A stretch of 64,000 nt of DNA from Candidatus Poribacteria bacterium (GTDB taxonomy: Bacteria > Poribacteria > WGA-4E > WGA-3G), in contig OZ242029.1 of assembly GCA_965205015.1 (NCBI GenBank), forward strand, positions 3,392,001 to 3,456,000, read 5' to 3'. Below are positions 40,645 to 49,867 of the stretch, in pieces. Below the pieces are notes generated by a model. That model had not been told where the DNA came from. It saw only the letters and a program-made list of their open reading frames with translations, and made no database searches. The number at the start of each line of letters is the position of its first letter. Position 1 is the first letter of the stretch. Both the position numbers and the translations under genes were made by a program.

Positions 40645-41828
40645 ATGCAAGAACTGATCCAAGGGACTGTGGATACCTATTACAACAGCGATTTTACCGA
40701 CATGAAAAGAGAAAACGCTGCAGCGGTACATAACACCCAAGGCATCGCTTATAGCAAAACGGTGCGTATACGCGGGCAATTGTAGCCTTCAGCAAGGCAA
40801 TAGAACTGGATCCGTATTTTGCTGAAGCCTATTACAATCGCGGCACTGATTCCCTCAAAGAGGGTTCCTATTATAGGGCAATTGAAGACTATGGTAAAGC
40901 AATAGAATGCGATCCAAAGTGTCCCCAGTTCTATAATGCTCGCGGTGTAACTTACGAAAAGTACAGCGAAATTCTGGCTGTTCTTTCACGCCATAAGATA
41001 GCGGTAGGACTGGAGGCAAAAGTCCCGAAAGTCTCTACGTATTGCGGAGAAGGACACTACAGTGAAGCGGAACTCTGTAAGGCTGTTGAAAACTATAGCA
41101 CAGCGATTGATTTGAAATCCGATTATGCTGAGGCGTATAGCAATCGTGGCAGAGCACACTTCAAAAAAGGCGAGAACGGCCCCGCTATCAAAGACTATAG
41201 CACAGCGATTGATTTGAAATCCGATTACACTGAGGCCTATCTCAACCTTGGTGTGGTTTATCACAGCAGAGGCGAGTTTGGCGCTGCACTCGAAAACTAT
41301 AATATAACCATATCCCTCACATCCGATCTCCCTATTGTCTATAGTCATCGGGGGACTATTTATCTTTCTAAGGAGAAAGTCAAACCAGCGATTGAAGACT
41401 ATAACACAGTGTTATCCCTCGACCCCGATTACACAGAGGTATATTACAAACGCGGGATAGCATGGTTCTATGCAAGCGAGTGGAAAAAAGCCAAAACCGA
41501 CCTGATTGCCGCCAAAGATATGGGGATGGCTATCATGCAGGCGTTTCGTGACGACTACAGAAATGTTGAAGTGTTTAAACAGAAAACGGATATTCGTTTG
41601 CCCGAAGATGTAGCAGGATTGCTGATGCCACAAAAAGGACTTGCCGAACTTGAAAAGGAAACTCGACTGGCGTTGGCGTTGAAATATTACAAAAGTGGTG
41701 CGATTAGTACGGGACTCGCTGCCCAATTGGTGGGTATATCCCGCGAAGCGTTCTGGTATCTTATGGGGGATTACGGGCTCTCTCTGTTTGAGCTAACTGA
41801 AGATCTTTTAGCAGATGAGATGTCGTAG
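40645..41828 (+). pseudogene. TPR protein with a C-terminal UPF0175 domain, frameshifted near 40756-40760
   Basis: GGAG+ATG at 40645; the TPR pattern continues only after a frame change at gcaaaacggt, then stays open into the 41112..41828 ORF; ends LALKYYKSGAISTGLAAQLVGISR. Confidence 0.7.
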
Positions 41829-41869
41829 CGAGCCCGCTTGCAAAGCAAACCAGCGAAAAACAGCCGACC

Positions 41870-42076
41870 CTAACCCTCCGCACGCCAGTCCTCCGTCGCT
41901 GCCGCGAATGCTTTGGAGAGTTCCTCAGAAATTGTTTGCTCTAAGAGTTCAATCAGATCTTCACGGAATTTAACCCAATCGTCGCCGCGACGGGTAAACC
42001 GGTGCCGATCCTCAATTTCAACAAACATGGTATCGTTCGGTTCAGACAGGGATTCAAAATAACGTCTAACGTTCAT
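41870..42076 (-). CDS. Small hypothetical protein
   Basis: GGAG RBS, 68 aa, protein-like composition, co-oriented with the upstream operon. Confidence 0.7.
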   Translation of the reverse strand: MNVRRYFESLSEPNDTMFVEIEDRHRFTRRGDDWVKFREDLIELLEQTISEELSKAFAAATEDWRAEG

Positions 42077-42165
42077 AATTATTCTCCATTGTATAGTTGT
42101 CGGTTAAAAGAGGGTTTTGTTTAACGCAGTGTCTCTTTAAGTGACAATTGATAACTGATAACCAT

Positions 42166-42846
42166 TCAAAGCCATTCGTGCATTTCCCAGCCGGATGCGA
42201 GTGCCTTCTCACGAAGTGCTTTCCCCGGATTCACAACAACCGGATTCCCAACACATTCCAACATCGGTAGATCGGATTGACTGTCGCCGTAAGCGTAACT
42301 CTCTTCCAGTGAAATGCCGTGTTGCTCGGCATACGCTTGCACGGCTTTTGCCTTTTCCTCGCCAATGAGGGGTAGGGTTGTAAGTTTACCCGTGAACTGC
42401 CCGTTTTGTTCATGAAGTTGCGGTGCCAATACAGAATCAACAGCGAGATGGTTCGCTATCGGTTGGGCAATAAAATCGAGCGATCCGGTTACGAGAACTA
42501 TGGTTATGCCTTGCTCCTTGTGTTCCTGAATTTGGGACATCGCGGCAGGGAAGATCTTCGGACGAAGATACGTCTCGAACATTTCGGTAGCCAAGTCCTT
42601 AGTATCGGCAACACCCATCCCGCGGTAGTTACGATAAAACACCTCATTGAAACGGGGACGACTGACGCTGTCCAAAATTAGGTAGTAAACAATCTTTGGC
42701 AGAAACCCAACAAGCCACAAGTGTTTTAGGAGGAAGGGTATCTGGGCAGCGCGCATCCAGATGTAGTAATGTACAATCGTGGACTTCAATAAGGTGCCAT
42801 CCACATCAAAAAATGCAGCGGCTTTTTTCATGGTCGGATCCGACAT
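42166..42846 (-). CDS. HAD-IB family hydrolase (ElbB/SerB-like)
   Basis: FFDVDGTL, LVTGS, GEEKA, YAYGDS.SDLPML..VGNP. Confidence 0.92.
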   Translation of the reverse strand: MSDPTMKKAAAFFDVDGTLLKSTIVHYYIWMRAAQIPFLLKHLWLVGFLPKIVYYLILDSVSRPRFNEVFYRNYRGMGVADTKDLATEMFETYLRPKIFPAAMSQIQEHKEQGITIVLVTGSLDFIAQPIANHLAVDSVLAPQLHEQNGQFTGKLTTLPLIGEEKAKAVQAYAEQHGISLEESYAYGDSQSDLPMLECVGNPVVVNPGKALREKALASGWEMHEWL

Positions 42847-42855
42847 GATAGTATC

Positions 42856-45800
42856 CTAAGAACCTTCCTGTTGTCTCAGTATGTCTCCAAGTTCTGCCAC
42901 CCGATTTTGTGCTAATTCCAAGAATTCTTGGTATTTGTCAGGGTCAATCGGTGTTTTGTCCTGTTTCCCCCAATCCTCGGGTGGGAAGGTAAACGGTTCA
43001 CCAAAAATGATACGAACGGGGTGTTTCTTAGGGAAGTTCTGTCCCTTCGGCAAGGCGTGGTAGGTCCCTTCAATGTAAGCCGGTATAACCGGGACGTTAG
43101 GCGTGTAGATGAGCAAACTCAGCACCCCCGGTTTGAAGGGTTGAAGTTTACCATCAAGTGAGCGTGTCCCTTCAGAAAAGATGAGCAAGCCGTTATTTTC
43201 TGACATCACCTCGTTTGCTGCCCTGAGATCCTGTAGAAACTCCGTAAAATTACCCTCCCGCTCTATCGGCAGTGCGTTAAGGCACGTCCGAGCAAACCAA
43301 CCTTGAAAACGTGTGGCAAACCAATAGTCCCGTGCAGCGAGCGTCCAGAGTCGGTACGCCTTCGTACCGAGCGCAGTGATCACCGTTAACGTATCAAGGT
43401 GGCTCGTGTGATTCGGCATAATAATGTAAGGTTTGTCCTGCGGAATATGCTCAAGCCCATAGCATTTCAATGAAAAGTAGTTTCGGTAGATGCCGGTAAT
43501 CACCGTGCGGAAGGCGCGCGCGTACCACGGCGGGACCTGCCTGAACGCAAGCTTCCCATCCTTGCGAAGTTCATCTTTCTCTTTCACAGTGTCTGTGGGA
43601 AACGTCTCGATTAATGTGACAACATCACCGACCGTCTCCAAATTAGCGAGTAGCGCATCGGGAATAGTTTCACCGAGTCTGGATTCAAGAACCAACAGGA
43701 GATCAAGGCGCGTGAGTGAATCAAGCCCTAAATCGGTATCCAAACGACTCTCCCGTTGGATTTGCTGTGCGGGCATGCGCGCCAATCGTGCGAGGGTAGA
43801 AAGGATTTCTGCGGGTATGTCCGATTTTGGTGCGACACTATCCACAGCCGCGGTAGAGCCCTTCTGAAGGTCTACCATATTTTTAATATGTGTCTCCACA
43901 CTACGCCTTAGACTTTGTCGATCTACGCTCCCATCCGCAGTCTTTGGTAGCGGATCCTCCCAGAAATGGGATTTGTGGAATTGTTGGTAACTCGGTAGTT
44001 GCTTTGCTCGTGTTTGAAGGTAGTGCTGAATCTCCGCTTTCGTTGCTTCATCTGGCGATTTCGGCACGATCACGGCATGTATAGCCGTATCCGATCCGTC
44101 TTCGTAGGGAATGCCGAGGACACACATTTCAGAGATGGTTTCCGAGCTGTCCCGATAGAGTGCTTCCAATTCAACGGGATAGATATTTTTCCCTGATGCG
44201 GGGACAATAATGTTCTTGCAATGCCCAGTGAGATAGAGGTAGCCCTCCGCGTCCATGTAGCCTAAATCCCCTGTGTAGAGCCATCCATTGCGAATAGCCT
44301 TTTCTGTAGCATCCGCGTTCTGATAGTAGCCCTTCATTGTACTCGGTCCCTTCGCGATAATCTCCCCGACCCCATGGCTATCCGGATTCTCAATCTGAAG
44401 TTCCACGCCTTCCACCGCTGGACCCACCGAGCCCCGTTTACTTTTTCGATACGGATTGACACTGAGAACGGGTGCTGTTTCGGTCATACCGTAGCCTTGG
44501 TAAAGCGTCATACCGAATTTTTGGAATCCGTCGTAAATCGCATCCGACAGCGGCGCACCTCCACTCACAAGGACGCGTATTTCACCACCCATGACGGCTT
44601 GGGCTTTTTCTACCAATGTTTCACCGGGGGTGTCTGCTCGCGATGCTTGTCGTTCGATGGTGCCTTGGAGCATCTGAAAAAGGCGGGGAACACCGATAAA
44701 AGCCGTGGTCTTTGCCTCACGCATTGTCTTCAGAAGCGTTGTCGGACGAAGTGCATTGACGTAAGTCGCAGTCGTGCCGCTGTAAAGTGCCATTAATAAA
44801 CTACACGAAAAACTCAATGCGTGATACAACGGAAGTGCTGACAGGATCCGCTCTGTGTCTGTCGGTGGGAGTGCTTTTGCCACTGCTTGGACATTAGAAA
44901 TAAAACCCCCGTGTGTAAGCATCGCGCCTTTCGCTTCAACAGTGGTCCCCATCGTAAAGATAATCGAGGCAACCGTGTCTGGAGAAACTGTCACATTCGG
45001 AAAATCGGCGGGAATCTCGGCGGTAGCGGTTTTGCCCTCCGTCCCATCGGACGCCCCCACAATTTCGCAGTTCTTGTTGATGTTTTGTAACATCGTCCCT
45101 GGTAGTGATAGGGTCTCAACATCGGATTTTTCTAATACACTTTCGGAGGCTAAAATTGATTTCGCAGCGGTGAACTCGGCGATTGCCAAGATTTCATGAG
45201 CAGGCGTTTGCGCGTCAAGCGGAACAACAGCGATACCTATCTGAACAGCCGCGAGGTAAGCGATACACCATTCCGGTTGGTTTTCAGAAACCAACACCAC
45301 CCGGTCGTCTTTTCGCAAACCGCTTTCCCATAGCTGCCATGCGACGTGGCGCGACAAGGTATACGTCTCGGCATAGGTATACGCTTCCCACCCGCTTTCG
45401 TTTGCCATCTGCAGCGCGATTCTATCTGGGATTCGCGCGGCTTGTATTTTAATCAGGTCTACGATCGTTTTTGGGACAATCCATTCGGGGACCGTAGCGG
45501 ACTCCTCGGACTCATCTTGTGAACTTGCTTTCTCCTGTTTGGCAGCGGAAGATGCTTCTGTATCGTTTGCTGTGTTATCTTCAATCTTCAATACATGTCT
45601 CTTTATACCGGGGATATGAATCTCTTGGAAATACTGCTTCCAGTGGATCCGTGAAACATCGAAGTTAAAGCGCTGCTGTTCTGTAGGGGAAAGTGCCTCA
45701 TAAAGTCCTTGTGTCTTCTCCGTTTCAAATTCAAAGTTGGTTCGCGTATAAGGCGCATAGATTCTGATGTAATGCAGGAGTGCTTTGATACCGCTCTGCT

Positions 45801-47166
45801 TCAGGACAAGTTGGCGGCGTTTGCGTTTGGCGGCACGTATCGGAAGTTTACCGAGTGTCTGAACGGCAAGGTCAACCAGACGCATACGACTATCCAATTT
45901 CTGCTGAAATTCTTCTAAACTCGGATATTTCCAGATGGGTACCGTAACGGGTTTTCCATCCTCTATCATTGGATATTTCATAAAATATTCGTAGGTTGCC
46001 TCAAAGATACCTCGAAAATAGAGCGGATTCTGCGTCCCCGTCGCGACATGATACACTTCAATGCCGCCGCGTCTTGCCGTCGCCTCAGCGGCTGCCAAGA
46101 TAGCGTTCACTACGAAATCGACGGGAATAATATCAAGAATTATATTCGGGTCTGCCGGGAAATCCGGAAGGCGCCCTTTCCCAAAACCGACGATCAGAGG
46201 TTCGCACATCCGAAATCCGCCGAGCCATCCGGGTTCAGGCTCATCAAAACTACTCTCAATAATTGAGGGACGTACGATAGCAGTCGGGAGTTCGCCGCGC
46301 AATTCCATAACCATCTGCTCAGCGAGAAATTTCATATAGGTGTAAGTGTCATTCCATCCGCGTGAGCGAGCGTGCTTCAACCCTTCCTCAACCAAGCGTT
46401 CCTCAAGCCATTCTGCCTTCAACTCCTCGATCTGTGCCTCGAGTCCCTTACGCGTTCCTTTTATTTGCGCCGCCGCTTCTTGCTGAAGGTTCGCGAGATT
46501 TTCAGGCGATTCGGTTTCAGCACGGATAGCAGCACTCCGGGACAGCAACTCTTCGATTTCCTCAGAGAGCGTTTCGGGGATAGCCATTCCTGTCTTTTCG
46601 CGGTGTTGTATTGCGTAGTCTTCATAGGGCGGTGGAAGTTCTTCAAGCACACGTCCGGGTTTATCGCCGCAGACGTATGCTGTTGAGATATGGAGGAACA
46701 CGGCATCCTGGCAGCCTCTTGCGAAGTTGACAACGTGTTTAGCGGCGAGGGCATTTCCCCACAAAGAATCATCGACGGGTGGATCAAAATCCACAAGACC
46801 CGCTATATTAATAAAAACGTCGACTTCGTGCTGGAGTCTTTGGTATTCCGTATCGCTAAATCCAAGATGCTCGTGGGTGAGATCCCCTTCAACAGCCGTC
46901 AGTTTCTGCTGCGCCCATGCCTCAAAATTTTCGCCGTGTAGTCGACGAAGAGATGCGAAAACATCTGAGGCGAGAAGTTCATTTTCTAAGCGTTCTTGGG
47001 CGGAAGTGTGCTTCCCAGTGGTATCGGTGCGACTCCGAATGAGGAGATAAATCTTTTGGATATCGGGAAGTGCAGTTAAAATTTTTGCGACCATCGGTTG
47101 CCCCAAAAAAGCGGTGCCACCGGTAATGAGCAGAATTTTTCCCCGAAAAAAATCAGTTATTGACAT
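42856..47166 (-). CDS. Multidomain acyl-CoA reductase (FAR) - adenylation - ACP - acyltransferase (ElbD-like)
   Basis: TGGTAFLG, YTYMK, IVRPSII, IPVD (FAR); QGYGMTE, WLYTGDLG, GKNIYP (adenylation); DLGLDSL (ACP Ser); PNHTSHLD, FSEGTRS (PlsC-type acyltransferase). Confidence 0.9.
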   Translation of the reverse strand: MSITDFFRGKILLITGGTAFLGQPMVAKILTALPDIQKIYLLIRSRTDTTGKHTSAQERLENELLASDVFASLRRLHGENFEAWAQQKLTAVEGDLTHEHLGFSDTEYQRLQHEVDVFINIAGLVDFDPPVDDSLWGNALAAKHVVNFARGCQDAVFLHISTAYVCGDKPGRVLEELPPPYEDYAIQHREKTGMAIPETLSEEIEELLSRSAAIRAETESPENLANLQQEAAAQIKGTRKGLEAQIEELKAEWLEERLVEEGLKHARSRGWNDTYTYMKFLAEQMVMELRGELPTAIVRPSIIESSFDEPEPGWLGGFRMCEPLIVGFGKGRLPDFPADPNIILDIIPVDFVVNAILAAAEATARRGGIEVYHVATGTQNPLYFRGIFEATYEYFMKYPMIEDGKPVTVPIWKYPSLEEFQQKLDSRMRLVDLAVQTLGKLPIRAAKRKRRQLVLKQSGIKALLHYIRIYAPYTRTNFEFETEKTQGLYEALSPTEQQRFNFDVSRIHWKQYFQEIHIPGIKRHVLKIEDNTANDTEASSAAKQEKASSQDESEESATVPEWIVPKTIVDLIKIQAARIPDRIALQMANESGWEAYTYAETYTLSRHVAWQLWESGLRKDDRVVLVSENQPEWCIAYLAAVQIGIAVVPLDAQTPAHEILAIAEFTAAKSILASESVLEKSDVETLSLPGTMLQNINKNCEIVGASDGTEGKTATAEIPADFPNVTVSPDTVASIIFTMGTTVEAKGAMLTHGGFISNVQAVAKALPPTDTERILSALPLYHALSFSCSLLMALYSGTTATYVNALRPTTLLKTMREAKTTAFIGVPRLFQMLQGTIERQASRADTPGETLVEKAQAVMGGEIRVLVSGGAPLSDAIYDGFQKFGMTLYQGYGMTETAPVLSVNPYRKSKRGSVGPAVEGVELQIENPDSHGVGEIIAKGPSTMKGYYQNADATEKAIRNGWLYTGDLGYMDAEGYLYLTGHCKNIIVPASGKNIYPVELEALYRDSSETISEMCVLGIPYEDGSDTAIHAVIVPKSPDEATKAEIQHYLQTRAKQLPSYQQFHKSHFWEDPLPKTADGSVDRQSLRRSVETHIKNMVDLQKGSTAAVDSVAPKSDIPAEILSTLARLARMPAQQIQRESRLDTDLGLDSLTRLDLLLVLESRLGETIPDALLANLETVGDVVTLIETFPTDTVKEKDELRKDGKLAFRQVPPWYARAFRTVITGIYRNYFSLKCYGLEHIPQDKPYIIMPNHTSHLDTLTVITALGTKAYRLWTLAARDYWFATRFQGWFARTCLNALPIEREGNFTEFLQDLRAANEVMSENNGLLIFSEGTRSLDGKLQPFKPGVLSLLIYTPNVPVIPAYIEGTYHALPKGQNFPKKHPVRIIFGEPFTFPPEDWGKQDKTPIDPDKYQEFLELAQNRVAELGDILRQQEGS

Positions 47167-47366
47167 AATTTTCTTTTCTTGTCATGATAGATATGTAAAC
47201 ATTTTTAATTGTACCTGGCGATTAAAAGCCTTGCATTGTTCTCAACTTATATTCGTAAATTGCGTCTAATCTTTCGGTAAATCGCCCACAACGCAGCTTA
47301 CAAGCCAAAACATCCTATTAAAAATAACACATTTTCTATAAAAAGTCAAAGGGAACCGAATAGAGA

Positions 47367-48566
47367 ATGCTACCAGAAGAAGAGAAGTTACAATTTTTAC
47401 AAAAGACGGAACTTTTCGCAGAACTCCCGCAAACCGAATTAAAAGCGATCTGTCATATTGCAAACGAAGTCGCGTACCCAGCCCATTCAACGCTTTTTGA
47501 GGAGGGGGATGAAGGCGATTCGCTCTACTTATTGGTTGATGGTGAAGTCAGCATCATCAAGGCGGGAACGGAAGTATTGTTCTTCAATGAGAAGGGATAC
47601 TGCCTTGGGGAAATCGCCCTGATTGACAATAAACCGCGGAGTGCCACAGTTAAGACGGTGAAACCCACACAATTTTTAAGGATCACGAGAAGCGATTTTT
47701 ACAACGCTATGGCACGAGAACCGCGAATTGGGAGTGGGATGTTCCGAGTCTTGAACGAGAAGATCCGACGCGACCTCGAGATTCAGATGAGTGCTATCCG
47801 TAAGGAAATCGCCCAGGAAGAATCAATGCGGCTTGCCGCTGAAGTCCAAAAGTCTCTCCTCCCAAATGAAGAAATCGCGCATCCATGTGTGAGTTCCGCC
47901 GGATATTGCAGACCCGCAAATAGCGTCGGCGGCGATTATTACGACTATCTGGAACTTGCCGACAACAGCGTCGCCATTTTCCTCGGCGATGTCATGGGGC
48001 ACGGCTATCACTCGGCAATGGTTGCAGCGATGACGAAAAGTTGCTTACAAACACAGATCCGCTTTGATGCTTCTGTACCGGAAGTCATGAACGCCATTAC
48101 CCGTGTCACGGAAGAGGATGCCCAAACTTTTATCTACATGACCTGCTGCTATCTTATCATTCACCCGGACAATCGGTTAGAATTCGCCAATGCCGGTCAT
48201 CCGCAGATGCTCCTCTATCGTGCCGAACAGGACCGCACCAACGGTGAAAATGGGAGTTTCATTGAGTTAAAATCCTCCTTTCTGCCGGTCGGTATCTCGA
48301 TGTCCGACACACCGACGCAATACTACAGCACTGAAGTCAAGTGGTATCCGGGTGACCTGTTGGTACTTTATTCAGATGGGATCACAGAAGCGTTCAATCC
48401 TAACCAAGAAATGTATGGATTCGACAGGTTCAAAACACTCATTTCACAAAAACAGCATCTGTCCCCAGAAGAGATAAAGGCAGAGATTCTGTCCGACCTT
48501 CAGGTGCATCAACAGGATGAAAGCACCAATGATGACATTACATTGGTTGTGGCAAAGTTTCTGTAA
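47367..48566 (+). CDS. cNMP-binding domain fused to a PP2C (SpoIIE/RsbU) phosphatase
   Basis: LFEEGDEGD.LY, GEIALID.KPRSA; VGGDYYD, GDVMGHG, NAGH, LYSDG, DDIT. Confidence 0.92.
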   Translation: MLPEEEKLQFLQKTELFAELPQTELKAICHIANEVAYPAHSTLFEEGDEGDSLYLLVDGEVSIIKAGTEVLFFNEKGYCLGEIALIDNKPRSATVKTVKPTQFLRITRSDFYNAMAREPRIGSGMFRVLNEKIRRDLEIQMSAIRKEIAQEESMRLAAEVQKSLLPNEEIAHPCVSSAGYCRPANSVGGDYYDYLELADNSVAIFLGDVMGHGYHSAMVAAMTKSCLQTQIRFDASVPEVMNAITRVTEEDAQTFIYMTCCYLIIHPDNRLEFANAGHPQMLLYRAEQDRTNGENGSFIELKSSFLPVGISMSDTPTQYYSTEVKWYPGDLLVLYSDGITEAFNPNQEMYGFDRFKTLISQKQHLSPEEIKAEILSDLQVHQQDESTNDDITLVVAKFL

Positions 48567-48571
48567 GTACT

Positions 48572-49768
48572 CTACTTGAGTTGGCTGACGGCATAATACA
48601 TGATATTTTCCATGAGGGCTTTGTTCACGGAAGTGGTGTATTGGCTATCGTTACGAAGGCTGGTAATAATGTATAATCCCTTGCCATACCTTCTTGCCCC
48701 GGCAACGAGTTCCTTATTGTCCTCGGTCGTCGCAAAAATTTCATCGCCTCGGCTCCAGTCTACCCATGCGTCATCAACAAAGATTTTGCCAGACTCAATT
48801 TTGTTGGGGGTCGAGAAAAGGGAAATGCCTTTTTCTTTAACAGCGAAATGTTGGGTGGGTGGGCTTTCAACGCCTTTCAACTTACCTTGTAGCCACCCGA
48901 CACCGCACGGCTTCTCAACACTACTGTCCTGCCCCGTAACGACGACAATGCCACCCTTTTTCACAAATGTTTTAATCTTCTTTTCTACTTCACTGGAAAG
49001 GAGGTAGTGTCCATAACTCGAAATTTCTTCGTATCCGATCCATAGAATATCGGCTTTTTCTAATTGCGGCAACTTCTGTTCTCTGGTGGATTCATGTGCA
49101 ATGGAACGTTTGCCGACTTTTTTCACAGCGCGCAGTGCCATATATTCGTACGTGGCAGCATTCGTATAAACTGGGACTTGACTCCATGTTGGGTGCGTGC
49201 TATTTCCTGTGAGCACCAGAACTTTGACGGCATCTTTCGGCGCGGCAACCCACATTTTACCCTTTAACATGTCGAGAACTATCGATTGGAATGCCTTTGT
49301 CTTGCCATCATAAGTCCGGGACATCATCGGATCAATGTGCGTGAATGTCCACCATGAGCCACTGTAGCCACCGCGATAGGCGCGCATCTGAAACCATGTA
49401 TTGTCAATGAAACACATACTATCTATGCCGTAATGCTCACGATAGAAAACGATGATAGGCATGCCCTGTTTGAGCAGTTTTACCATCTTCTCCGGCGAGG
49501 TGCCTCGCTTGTAATGACCCGTGGCAAAGTTCATCTTAATTTCCTTGAGTCCGCTTTTCCCTTTGACATCTTTTTTGACGGTAACAACGCCTCGCAAACG
49601 TTTTTGATCAACACTCTTTACTTCGCCAAAGACGATGTTCGTACAAGCATCAAGGACTTCCCGAATCGTATACTCGCGCTCAATAAACGCTGGTGCCGTT
49701 GGCACGAAAAGTAACCCGAGAAAACAGAATCCTAACGATAAAGCAATGAGATTATATGTAAAGCGCAT
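48572..49768 (-). CDS. Secreted hypothetical protein with a C-terminal glutamine amidotransferase-like fold
   Basis: Signal peptide; IKTFVKKGGIVVV and YGKGLY patterns. Confidence 0.7.
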   Translation of the reverse strand: MRFTYNLIALSLGFCFLGLLFVPTAPAFIEREYTIREVLDACTNIVFGEVKSVDQKRLRGVVTVKKDVKGKSGLKEIKMNFATGHYKRGTSPEKMVKLLKQGMPIIVFYREHYGIDSMCFIDNTWFQMRAYRGGYSGSWWTFTHIDPMMSRTYDGKTKAFQSIVLDMLKGKMWVAAPKDAVKVLVLTGNSTHPTWSQVPVYTNAATYEYMALRAVKKVGKRSIAHESTREQKLPQLEKADILWIGYEEISSYGHYLLSSEVEKKIKTFVKKGGIVVVTGQDSSVEKPCGVGWLQGKLKGVESPPTQHFAVKEKGISLFSTPNKIESGKIFVDDAWVDWSRGDEIFATTEDNKELVAGARRYGKGLYIITSLRNDSQYTTSVNKALMENIMYYAVSQLK

Positions 49769-49867
49769 GGTGGAATCCCCTTCTATACATGCCAGATTTT
49801 CTAATTAATGGATATTGTATTATATCTGCGTTGAATTTTCAACTATTTTCCGTCTCGTTCACAAGTT

